From an uncultured Chloroflexia bacterium (lineage in GTDB: Bacteria; Chloroflexota; Anaerolineae; Anaerolineales; Villigracilaceae), in contig CAWAAC010000009.1 of NCBI GenBank assembly GCA_963779935.1, positions 1,173,357 to 1,213,356 on the forward strand: DNA of 40,000 nucleotides, given 5' to 3'. Made by a program: the position numbers and the translations under genes. Shown piece after piece: positions 16,891 through 24,710 of the stretch (the first letter of the stretch is position 1; each line of letters begins with the position of its first letter). The notes below the pieces were generated by a model, which saw only the letters and a list, made by a program, of their open reading frames with translations, searched no databases and was not told the DNA's origin.

Positions 16891-18375
16891 GTGACCTCTG
16901 GCAGATTGGTTTTGGTGACAGGAGTGACCGGATATGTGGGCGGATGCCTGGTGCCGCGCTTGCTGGAAAAAGGCTATCGCGTCCGCATGCTGGTGCGCGA
17001 TCCAAGCCGACTTTCCGGCAAGGCCTGGCTGTCGCAGGTTGAACTGGTGCAAGGCGATAGCCTTTCATCCGGCAGGCTGGCTCAGTCCATGCAGGGGACA
17101 TGCGCGGCATATTACTTGATCCACAATATGACCAGCGGGCGGAATTACTATGAGAAGGAAATTGAGTCGGCGCGTAATTTTGCATCCGCGGCGGGTGCCC
17201 ACGGAGTGGAGCACATCATCTACCTGGGCGGCCTGGCCGACCCGGATAAGGATATCGGCTTGCATCTGCGCTCGCGCATCCAGACGGGCAATACCCTGCG
17301 GCAGGGCGGTGTACCCGTTACCGAATTCCGCGCCAGCCTGATCATCGGGTCGGGCAGCATTTCGTTCGAAATGATCCGCTACCTGACCGAACAATTTCCG
17401 CTCGTGTTTGGCCCTGCCTGGATGCATAACCGCACCCAGCCGATTGCCATTCAGAATGTGTTGGATTACCTGATCGCGGCCCTGGAGAATCCGGCCAGCC
17501 GGGGGAAAATCTATGAGATCGGCGGTAAGGATATCCTCACCTATGCTGGCACGATATCGGTCTATGCCCGCCTGCGAGGATTGCAGCGCCGCATCCTCAC
17601 TTTGCCGGGCATGTCTGTAGGGCTGATGGCCCGGGTGGCCGGGATGCTCACCCCCGTCCCGGCCAGGATTGCCGGACCACTGCTGGGAGGCATGCGCAGT
17701 GACAGCGTGGTGCGTGATGGGGCGGCCAGCCGGGATTTCCCCCAGATAGAGCCTGTGGATTATGAGACTTCCGTCCGGCAGGCTTTGCAGCGCCTTTCGC
17801 CAGGTTCTCTTGAAACAGGTTGGGAAAAAGGTGCGCCTTCGTTTAGTACCAAACAGGAAGGTTTTTTTATCGAAGGGCAACAAATCCAGCTTGATGCCCT
17901 TCCAGAAGCTGTCTACCGCACCATTACCGGCCTGGGAGGTCGTAGTGGCTGGCTCTACCTGAACGGTCTGTGGAAATTGCGTGGCTTTTTTGACTGGCTG
18001 ATCGGCGGCCCGGGCCTGCGCGGATCCAGAACCACTGCTGCCCTGGCTGAGGGCGATATATTGGATTTTTACCGGGTTGAAGCGCTTGAGCCTAACCGGC
18101 TGGTACGCCTCAGGGCCGAATTAAAAGCCCCCGGTTTGGGTTGGATGGAGTGGCATATCCGTATGCAACCCACCGGCGGTGTGTCGCTTACTCAAATTGC
18201 TTATTTTGCACCCACAGGAGCGCCTGGTTTTCTTTATTGGTATTTGTTGCTGCCTGTTCACCGCCTGGTATTTTCCGGGTTGGTAAAGGCGATTGCCCGC
18301 CGGACGGCTGAGACCCAAAACTCCTTACCACGAAGGAGACACGCGAAAACGAATTTTCCGAAGAAAGGCTCGTAA
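16891..18375 (+). CDS. Atypical SDR + DUF2867-like protein (YbjT-like), paralog 2
   Basis: GTG start 10 nt after the stop of paralog 1. VLVTGVTGYVGGCLVPRLL motif. Colinear with paralog 1 over the whole length, roughly 55-60 percent identical by eye. Confidence 0.7.
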   Translation: MTSGRLVLVTGVTGYVGGCLVPRLLEKGYRVRMLVRDPSRLSGKAWLSQVELVQGDSLSSGRLAQSMQGTCAAYYLIHNMTSGRNYYEKEIESARNFASAAGAHGVEHIIYLGGLADPDKDIGLHLRSRIQTGNTLRQGGVPVTEFRASLIIGSGSISFEMIRYLTEQFPLVFGPAWMHNRTQPIAIQNVLDYLIAALENPASRGKIYEIGGKDILTYAGTISVYARLRGLQRRILTLPGMSVGLMARVAGMLTPVPARIAGPLLGGMRSDSVVRDGAASRDFPQIEPVDYETSVRQALQRLSPGSLETGWEKGAPSFSTKQEGFFIEGQQIQLDALPEAVYRTITGLGGRSGWLYLNGLWKLRGFFDWLIGGPGLRGSRTTAALAEGDILDFYRVEALEPNRLVRLRAELKAPGLGWMEWHIRMQPTGGVSLTQIAYFAPTGAPGFLYWYLLLPVHRLVFSGLVKAIARRTAETQNSLPRRRHAKTNFPKKGS

Positions 18376-18457
18376 ATCTATGTAACTTTGGGATTTGGTG
18401 GTAAATTTCCTGCGGAATCTGGAGCAACGTTTTTGCCCTGCCAAAAGGAGGATCCCA

Positions 18458-19498
18458 ATGACAGTCAATTTTTCGATGTGGAAGACGGCCCTGTGGGGGC
18501 TGGTTAAGATGGAGAAAAAAGAAGAATGGGACAAACTGGATATCATTTCCAAATGGCTGATTGCCACCCGTTCTGCGGTAACCACGGTGACGCTTTATTC
18601 CTGTGTCATCGCCGGTCTGCTGGCCTGGCGTGACGGCCACTTCAACTGGCTGCCCTGGATCATCGTCACGCTCGGGCTGTTCGTTGCCCATGGAACCAAC
18701 AATTTTCTCAACGATTACACCGATTTCTGCCGCGGCGTGGATAAGGATAATTATTTCCGTACGCAGTACGGGGTTCATCCCCTCGTGCAGGGTTTTTGGA
18801 CCAAGCGCCAGCAGCTTATCTGGTTCTTCGTCAGTGGCGTGCTGGCGTTCGCGTCGGGGGTTTACGCGCTCTTTTATACCAATTTTTCCCCGGTCATCAT
18901 CGGTTTATTTGCCTTCGGCGCGGTGGTATTACTGTTCTACACCTGGCCGCTCAAGTATCTGGCGCTGGGCGAGCTGTCCATCTTCCTGATCTGGGGCCCC
19001 ATCCTGGTGGTGGGCGTGTACAGCGTGCTGGCGCGTGGCTGGACGCCCAATAGTTGGAACGTGGCCCTGGCGGGTGTTCCTTTCGGTTTGAGTGTCCTCA
19101 GCATCAACCTGGGCAAACACATCGACAAGTCTGCCCAGGACAGGCAAAAGGGCGTCGGCACCCTGCCGGTCAGGCTGGGCGAGAAAGCCGCGCGCTACCT
19201 CAACATGGCAGTATTGGCGTTGATCTACCTGGTCATCCTCTACCTGATTTTCGTGCCGCATTTCTTCACGCCGGTGCTGTTGATCGTTTTCCTGGCTGGT
19301 AAGCGCCTGCTGCTTGCCATCGGTGTCCATACCAAGCCGCGCCCGGTCGAACCGCCCAAGGAATGGCCGGGCTGGCCCACCTGGTTCTCCGGTTTTGCCT
19401 TCTACCATAACCGGCTGTTCGAGAACCTGTTCATCCTCGGGCTGTTCGCAGATGTGCTTCTGCGCATCTTCCTGCCGGCTTTCTGGGTTGCGCATTAA
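18458..19498 (+). CDS. UbiA-superfamily aromatic prenyltransferase, MenA-like
   Basis: First Asp-rich motif NDYTDFCRGVDKDN has the MenA-type NDYxDxxxGxD spacing. Multiple TM helices. Start set at the ATG at 18458, behind aaaaggagg, rather than at 18395. Confidence 0.7.
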   Translation: MTVNFSMWKTALWGLVKMEKKEEWDKLDIISKWLIATRSAVTTVTLYSCVIAGLLAWRDGHFNWLPWIIVTLGLFVAHGTNNFLNDYTDFCRGVDKDNYFRTQYGVHPLVQGFWTKRQQLIWFFVSGVLAFASGVYALFYTNFSPVIIGLFAFGAVVLLFYTWPLKYLALGELSIFLIWGPILVVGVYSVLARGWTPNSWNVALAGVPFGLSVLSINLGKHIDKSAQDRQKGVGTLPVRLGEKAARYLNMAVLALIYLVILYLIFVPHFFTPVLLIVFLAGKRLLLAIGVHTKPRPVEPPKEWPGWPTWFSGFAFYHNRLFENLFILGLFADVLLRIFLPAFWVAH

Positions 19499-19515
19499 TA
19501 TTGGATCGGCGGGTC

Positions 19516-19545
19516 ATGTTGCCAGGCATTATGCTCTGGCAACAT
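19516..19545. repeat. Inverted repeat / hairpin (atgttgccag ... ctggcaacat)
   Basis: 10-bp arms and a 10-nt loop, directly after the prenyltransferase stop codon. Confidence 0.6.
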
Positions 19546-19556
19546 AATAATGTGTA

Positions 19557-19600
19557 AGAAACCTGTAGGGCAACATTTATGTTGCCCTACAGGTTTCTTT
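19557..19600 (+). terminator. Intrinsic terminator, long perfect hairpin
   Basis: agaaacctgtagggcaacat / atgttgccctacaggtttct, 20-nt arms, followed by a T-rich tail. Confidence 0.75.
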
Positions 19601-19730
19601 CATAAATGGCTTAATAAACGTTGCTACCATGGAGGGTGAAAACGTCTGCATCCGAGCCTGATTTGTAATCGCCATATTACGAATGTCACAGGGAAATAAT
19701 TACAAACGACATTTTATTTTTCAAAATCAA

Positions 19731-19747
19731 ACCATTACTATAATGGT
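19731..19747. promoter_or_regulatory. Palindrome overlapping a TATAAT box upstream of the Rrf2 gene (candidate auto-operator)
   Basis: accatta-cta-taatggt, with 7-bp arms. The TATAAT at 19739-19744 is embedded in it. It lies about 30 nt before the ATG at 19774. Confidence 0.45.
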
Positions 19748-19773
19748 AAACATTTACTTAAAAGGTAATAGTT

Positions 19774-20193
19774 ATGTTTCGTGTCAACCGCCAAACCGAT
19801 TATGCCGTTCGAGTGCTCCTGATGCTGGCCCAACAGCCGGAGGGGACGCGCCTGTCCACAGCTGAAATTGGCCGGGAAATGTTAATCCCGACGGCTTTCC
19901 TGCCGCGCATTGTTGCACAACTGGCGCAGGCCAACCTGCTCGTAACCTTTCCGGGCCGGGAAGGCGGCGTACAATTGCCCCGGCCGGCCGGCCAGATCAC
20001 CATGAAGGATGTAGTCGAATTGATGGAAGGCCCGCTCCTGCTTTCAGAATGTATGACCGGGGAGGAAGCCTGTCCTTTCGAAGGGGATTGCCGGGTTCGA
20101 TGCCGCTGGACGAATTTGCAATCCAGGATTCTGGAAGAATTGAACTCCACCACTTTTGCCGACCTGGCACTCGAATCTGCCCAGGTTCCATAG
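19774..20193 (+). CDS. Rrf2 family transcriptional regulator with a three-Cys putative Fe-S cluster site
   Basis: MFRVNRQTDYAVRVLLMLA winged-helix N-terminus. C-terminal cysteine cluster ECMTGEEACPFEGDCRVRC. Confidence 0.85.
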   Translation: MFRVNRQTDYAVRVLLMLAQQPEGTRLSTAEIGREMLIPTAFLPRIVAQLAQANLLVTFPGREGGVQLPRPAGQITMKDVVELMEGPLLLSECMTGEEACPFEGDCRVRCRWTNLQSRILEELNSTTFADLALESAQVP

Positions 20194-20304
20194 AAATTCT
20201 TGCAAGGAAATTTTCGAAAAGGAGGACGAAAGCGCAAACCGATTTTCCTGATTTCCATTTATCCCATTGTCCAAGTACCAATTATTCATGAGGAGAATAA
20301 TACG

Positions 20305-21651
20305 ATGGATGTTCTTTCTTTGGCTCGCTGGCAATTCGCAATTACAACGATCTACCACTTTTTCTTCGTCCCGCTCACGCTCGGGCTGTCGATTTTTATC
20401 GCCCTGCTGGAGACGAAATATGTCCGCAGCGGCGATGAAATGTACCAGAAGATGGCCAAATTCTGGGGCACGATCTTCCTGATCAATTTCGCCATGGGCG
20501 TTGTCACCGGCATCGTCCAGGAGTTCCAGTTTGGCCTGAACTGGGCTGGCTATTCCCGTTTCATGGGTGATATTTTTGGCGCGCCGCTGGCGATTGAAGC
20601 CTTACTGGCCTTTTACATGGAATCCACCTTCATTGGCCTGTGGATCTTCGGTTGGGAACGGCTGTCCAGGAAGCTCCACCTGACGGCTGCCTGGCTGGTT
20701 GCCATCGGCTCAAATATCTCGGCCTTGTGGATCTTGATCGCTAATTCCTTCATGCAGAACCCGGTCGGGTACACCCTCCAGAATGGTCGCGCTCTGATGA
20801 CCAATTTCGGGGCCTTATTGACCAACCCCAACGTGGCCTACCAGTTCCCACATGTTCTGACCGCCGGCATTACTCTGGCGGGATTTGTTGTGCTTGGCTT
20901 CAGCGCCTACCACCTGCTCAAGGATAAAGCCGGTAATGAATTCTTCCAGCGCTCTTTCCGCTGGGCCGCGATCTATGCTCTGGTCGGTGCAGTCTTGGTA
21001 GCCGGCATCGGGCATATCCAGGGCCAGTTCCTGGTTCAGCACCAGCCGATGAAAATGGCTGCCGCGGAAGCCGAATGGACCACCGAACAACCCGCCGGCC
21101 TGTCCTTGGTTGCCGGGATCGACCAGAACAATCAAACCAACACGTTCGATGTTAAGGTACCGGGGGTGTTGAGCTTCCTTTCCTACAATAATTTCACCGG
21201 CCAGGTCGAGGGGCTGGCGGACCTGGAAAAAGCCGCCGAGGCGCAGTACGGACCGGGTAATTATCTTCCACCGGTTGCGCTCGATTTCTGGTCATTCCGC
21301 ATCATGGTCGGCGCCGGTCTCCTGATGATATTGCTGGCCATCCTGGCGCTGGTCTGGTCAACGAAAAACCGTTTGGAAAAGCGCGGCTGGTTTCTGAAAG
21401 TGCTCATGCCGGCGGCTGTCCTGCCCTACCTGGCGAGTGTTTGCGGCTGGCTGCTGGCCGAGACCGGGCGCTGGCCGTGGATCGTTTTCGGCCTGCAAAA
21501 AGTCGAGACCGCCGTCTCTCCCAACGTGCCCGCCTGGAACGTTGCTGTCTCGCTGATCGTGCTTGGCTTGTTATATGCCGTCCTGATTGTCTTTGCCCTG
21601 CCGCTGGCGCTCAAATATGGCAAGGCAGACCCAACGGTCGAGTCCCACTAA
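20305..21651 (+). CDS. cydA: Cytochrome bd oxidase subunit I, copy 2 (intact)
   Basis: [55 protein letters not shown]. Start at the ATG at 20305, behind gaggag. The ORF-track start at 20200 is rejected. Confidence 0.9.
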   Translation: MDVLSLARWQFAITTIYHFFFVPLTLGLSIFIALLETKYVRSGDEMYQKMAKFWGTIFLINFAMGVVTGIVQEFQFGLNWAGYSRFMGDIFGAPLAIEALLAFYMESTFIGLWIFGWERLSRKLHLTAAWLVAIGSNISALWILIANSFMQNPVGYTLQNGRALMTNFGALLTNPNVAYQFPHVLTAGITLAGFVVLGFSAYHLLKDKAGNEFFQRSFRWAAIYALVGAVLVAGIGHIQGQFLVQHQPMKMAAAEAEWTTEQPAGLSLVAGIDQNNQTNTFDVKVPGVLSFLSYNNFTGQVEGLADLEKAAEAQYGPGNYLPPVALDFWSFRIMVGAGLLMILLAILALVWSTKNRLEKRGWFLKVLMPAAVLPYLASVCGWLLAETGRWPWIVFGLQKVETAVSPNVPAWNVAVSLIVLGLLYAVLIVFALPLALKYGKADPTVESH

Positions 21652-21663
21652 AGGAGGCATTCC

Positions 21664-22680
21664 ATGACTCTCAATATTGTTTGGTTCATTCTCGTTACGG
21701 TACTGTTCATCGGCTTCTTCTTCCTGGAAGGTTTTGACTACGGTGTAGGCATCCTGCTGGTTTTCCTCGGCAAGGATGACAACGAACGCCGCGCCATCCT
21801 CAACACTATTGGCCCGGTATGGGATGGCAACGAGGTCTGGATGCTGACCGCGGGCGGGGCGCTCTTCGCCTCCTTCCCGCAGGTCTATGCCACACTGTTT
21901 AGTGGCTTTTATCTGGCGCTGGTGCTCATGCTGGCGGCGTTGATCCTGCGTGGTGTCGCCTTTGAGTTCCGCAGCCGGCGCGATTCGGCGGCATGGCGAA
22001 CCGGCTGGGATCGTGCCATCTTCATCGGTAGCCTGCTGCCGGCTCTGCTGTGGGGCGTGGCGGTTGGCAACCTGATGCGCGGCGTGGCGATCGATGGGAA
22101 TATGAATTACTGGGGCGGTTTGCTGCCTTTGCTCAACCCCTACTCCATCCTGGCCGGCCTGGTCTTCGTGGCGCTCTTCACCATGCAGGGAGCCAATTTC
22201 CTGGGCCTGAAGACCGAAGGGGAGATCGAAAAACGCGCCACCGCGACTGCATTCGTTGCCTGGATCGTGGCGACTGTCCTGACCGTGGCCTTTGTGGTCT
22301 GGACCTTCTTTGCTACAGACATCCTGACCAAGTCTGGCATCAACGGTTTGATTCCGGCCTTGCTGGCGGCGGTGGCCCTGCTGGTATCCGGCTGGATGAG
22401 TCACATCCGTAAATATGGCTGGGCTTTTATCACAGGCGGCCTGACGGTTGTCTTTGCCACGATCATGGTTTTTGCCGGGCTGTTCCCGCGCATCCTGATC
22501 TCCACCACCTCCCCGGATTTCAGCCTGACGATCTATAACGCGGCCTCTTCGCATTATACGCTCACCGTCATGACGATCGTCGCGGCCATCTTTGTGCCGA
22601 TCGTACTGCTCTACCAGATCTGGACCTACCGGGTTTTCCGCAAGCGCGTCCAGGCTGATCCAAAGTCGTTGATTTATTAA
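21664..22680 (+). CDS. cydB: Cytochrome bd oxidase subunit II, copy 2 (intact)
   Basis: FFFLEGFDYGVGILL, GPVWDGNEVWMLTAGGALFASFP. 338 aa, starting 13 nt after cydA. Confidence 0.9.
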   Translation: MTLNIVWFILVTVLFIGFFFLEGFDYGVGILLVFLGKDDNERRAILNTIGPVWDGNEVWMLTAGGALFASFPQVYATLFSGFYLALVLMLAALILRGVAFEFRSRRDSAAWRTGWDRAIFIGSLLPALLWGVAVGNLMRGVAIDGNMNYWGGLLPLLNPYSILAGLVFVALFTMQGANFLGLKTEGEIEKRATATAFVAWIVATVLTVAFVVWTFFATDILTKSGINGLIPALLAAVALLVSGWMSHIRKYGWAFITGGLTVVFATIMVFAGLFPRILISTTSPDFSLTIYNAASSHYTLTVMTIVAAIFVPIVLLYQIWTYRVFRKRVQADPKSLIY

Positions 22681-22703
22681 GTTCAGCTCCTCCTTCGTCT
22701 GGC

Positions 22704-22730
22704 AAGGGGGCGGCCTTCGGTCGCCCCCTT
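22704..22730 (+). terminator. GC-rich stem-loop after cydB copy 2; the intron 5' end lies 4 nt downstream
   Basis: aagggggcg ... cgccccctt, with 9-bp arms and further pairing inside the loop. There is no T-run, because the intron follows. Confidence 0.6.
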
Positions 22731-22734
22731 CGCT

Positions 22735-24600
22735 GTGCGCCCAGCATGGGCGTTGACTAGAAGGTGAAAGACCTTTATGGAGGCTGATTGCGCTAACCAT
22801 TAGGCGAGAGCAAGGGCGTCACCGTGAGGTGGGGTCTGAAGGAAGCTGGAGGCAAACCTGTGACCTGATGAACAAGAAGCTCATAAGAGGCTGTGAGGCC
22901 GGGCGAGCTGGCAACGAACAGCGAAGCCCGAAGCAATCAAGGGCCGAAGCAGTAAATGAGCCAGGGATGCAGGGAAAGTCAACGTTCTTACCTGGGGAGA
23001 CCTGCCGTTGTGCCGGAAGGTAAACCTGACCGAGAGGTCAGGCAGAAACGGCAGGGGTCAGCCGAGGCCGAAGTACCACCGCCGTCGAGGTGGGAAGGGC
23101 CGAACATGAAGCAGGAGCAATACCTTGAGCAGCATGGAAGACGAGCCAAGAAGGCAGCCTTTCCCGGAAAGGGATACTGCGGAGCCAGCGAAGTTGGTGA
23201 AGCCGACAGGACTGGAACCGAGGGCCGAGCCGTCGCCAATGCGAGACGAGCGAACCTCCAGCGCAGGGCTGTGGGAGAGGATATGGGAAAGACAGAACCT
23301 GCTCACAGCGATGAAGCGAGTAGAGAGCAACGGAGGAGCACCGGGCATAGACGGGATGACGGTGAAAGAACTCCGCCGACACCTGAGGGAGCACTGGCTG
23401 GAGATCAGGGCGGCTCTTGAAAGCGGGGCCTATCGGCCGAGCCCGGTGAGGCGGGTAGAGATAGCCAAGCCTGACGGCGGGGTTCGGCAGTTAGGGATAC
23501 CGAATGTGGTGGATCGCCTACTCCAACAGGCGATAGCACAGGAGCTGGTTCCGATATATGAGCCATTGTTTTCTGAGCACAGTTATGGGTTCCGGCCCGG
23601 CCGCAGTGCGCATGGGGCAGTGAGACAGGCGCAGACGTATGTACAAGAAGGATACACCTGGTGCGTGGATATTGATCTGGAGAAATACTTTGACCGGGTG
23701 AACCACGACCTTCTGATGGGGCGCGTGATGCGAGTAGTGAAAGACAAACGAGTGCTGAAACTGATCCGAGCCTACCTGAAATCAGGCGTGATGATTAATG
23801 GGGTGGTCGTGGGAAGCGAAGAGGGCGTTCCGCAAGGAGGGCCGCTTTCGCCAATACTTTCAAACATCATGCTGGATGATCTGGATAAGGAACTGGAAAA
23901 GCGCGGGCACAAATTTGTCCGATACGCGGACGATTGCAACATCTACGTCAAGACGGAACGGGCGGGAGAGCGGGTGATGGAAAGCGTGAAAGGATTTCTG
24001 GAGAAGAAGCTCAAGCTGAAAGTCAATCCCAAGAAAAGCAAAGTGGAAAAGGCATGGAAGGTGAAAATCTTGGGGTTCAGTTTCTTCCGACGAAAAGGGA
24101 TCGTGCTGATCCGGATTGCAGAACGAACGAAAGAGCGCATGCAGGAGAAGCTACGAACTCTGACCAAACGTACTCGGAGTGGCAAACTGGAGACGATCTT
24201 GGAAGAGATCAACCGGTACATTATCGGATGGATTGGATACTACCGGCTGGCCGACACACCGAGCATATTTGAAGAACTGGACGGCTGGATCCGACGACGG
24301 CTAAGGCAGCTGATCTGGAAGCGCTGGAAACAAGGTTCAACCCGCTATCGAGAATTAGTGAAGCTGGGCGTACCAAGACAATGGGCACAAGAAGGAGCCG
24401 GAGGACGAAGTCCCTGGCGAATGTCTGCCACACCTGTGATAAATCAAGCCCTTAGCAACGCCTACTGGCTTAACTCAGGGCTGAAGAGCATTAGCAAACG
24501 GTATCAAGAACTGCGCTTTGCTTGATGAACCGCCGTATGCGGCCCCGCATGTACGGTGGTGTGAGAGGAGGCGGTTAGCCGCCGCCTCCTACTCGATTAT
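22735..24600 (+). mobile_element. Complete ORF-containing group II intron, class C (IIC)-like; the 3' end is uncertain within 24592-24600
   Basis: The 5' end GTGCGCCCAGCATGGGCG fits the GUGYG consensus. An RT/maturase ORF sits in the domain IV position. A canonical domain V lies at 24529-24560: an 8-bp lower helix containing a CGC triad, a 2-nt bulge (GT), a 5-bp upper helix and a GCCC tetraloop. A short domain VI hairpin follows (ggaggcgg...ccgcctcc). Total length is about 1.86 kb. No endonuclease domain is present. The insertion sits just after a stem-loop. Confidence 0.85.
23125..24525 (+). CDS. Group II intron-encoded reverse transcriptase/maturase (no En domain)
   Basis: NGGAPGIDGMTV, GIPNVVDRLLQQA, YGFRPGRSAH, GVPQGGPLSPILSN and the catalytic motif VRYADDCNIYV. 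The C-terminal X/maturase region is RYIIGWIGYY. The true start may be the internal ATG at 23239 (MRDERTSSAGLWERIW...). Confidence 0.9.
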   Translation: MSSMEDEPRRQPFPERDTAEPAKLVKPTGLEPRAEPSPMRDERTSSAGLWERIWERQNLLTAMKRVESNGGAPGIDGMTVKELRRHLREHWLEIRAALESGAYRPSPVRRVEIAKPDGGVRQLGIPNVVDRLLQQAIAQELVPIYEPLFSEHSYGFRPGRSAHGAVRQAQTYVQEGYTWCVDIDLEKYFDRVNHDLLMGRVMRVVKDKRVLKLIRAYLKSGVMINGVVVGSEEGVPQGGPLSPILSNIMLDDLDKELEKRGHKFVRYADDCNIYVKTERAGERVMESVKGFLEKKLKLKVNPKKSKVEKAWKVKILGFSFFRRKGIVLIRIAERTKERMQEKLRTLTKRTRSGKLETILEEINRYIIGWIGYYRLADTPSIFEELDGWIRRRLRQLIWKRWKQGSTRYRELVKLGVPRQWAQEGAGGRSPWRMSATPVINQALSNAYWLNSGLKSISKRYQELRFA

Positions 24601-24633
24601 AATGGATTGATCCATTTCCGAAAATTGGGGGGT

Positions 24634-24676
24634 GGATTTTGAATATGCGATGCGAAGCATCGCATATTCAAAATCC
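24634..24676. repeat. Perfect 20-bp-arm inverted repeat upstream of cydDC
   Basis: ggattttgaatatgcgatgc-gaa-gcatcgcatattcaaaatcc. No T-run follows. It lies 35 nt before the ATG at 24711. Confidence 0.7.
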
Positions 24677-24710
24677 AACTCTTCAATAATTTTCAAATAG
24701 AGAATTTGTC

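Noticed and set aside
15418-17052. 544-aa ORF on the reverse strand spanning both SDR genes
   Set aside because: It is antisense to two well-supported forward genes and crosses their junction. Its translation is the R/Q/H/G/A-rich low-information sequence typical of shadow frames in GC-rich DNA. It has no RBS and no recognisable motifs.
12821-22680. The two cydAB loci as a recent duplication or an assembly collapse/duplication artefact
   Set aside because: The copies are clearly diverged: by eye, roughly three quarters of residues are identical in the N-terminal 100 aa of CydA, and nucleotide differences occur throughout. Their flanks also differ, so they are old paralogs or separately acquired copies.
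21571-22800. 409-aa reverse-strand ORF opposite cydB copy 2
   Set aside because: Shadow ORF of a highly conserved forward gene. It has a biased, charged composition and runs into the intron 5' region without any start context.
23125-24525. Reverse transcriptase as a possible retron, DRT, Abi or other defence-associated RT
   Set aside because: The RT is flanked by group II ribozyme elements (GUGCG 5' end, canonical domains V and VI) and has the maturase X region. There is no adjacent effector gene or msr/msd-like repeat structure. It is an intron-encoded protein.
19516-24676. Long perfect hairpins (19516-19598, 24634-24676, 36028-36070, 38905-38934) as a possible CRISPR array or MITE family
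   Set aside because: They are single palindromes with unrelated sequences. They are not direct repeats separated by spacers, and most sit exactly at gene ends, where terminators are expected.
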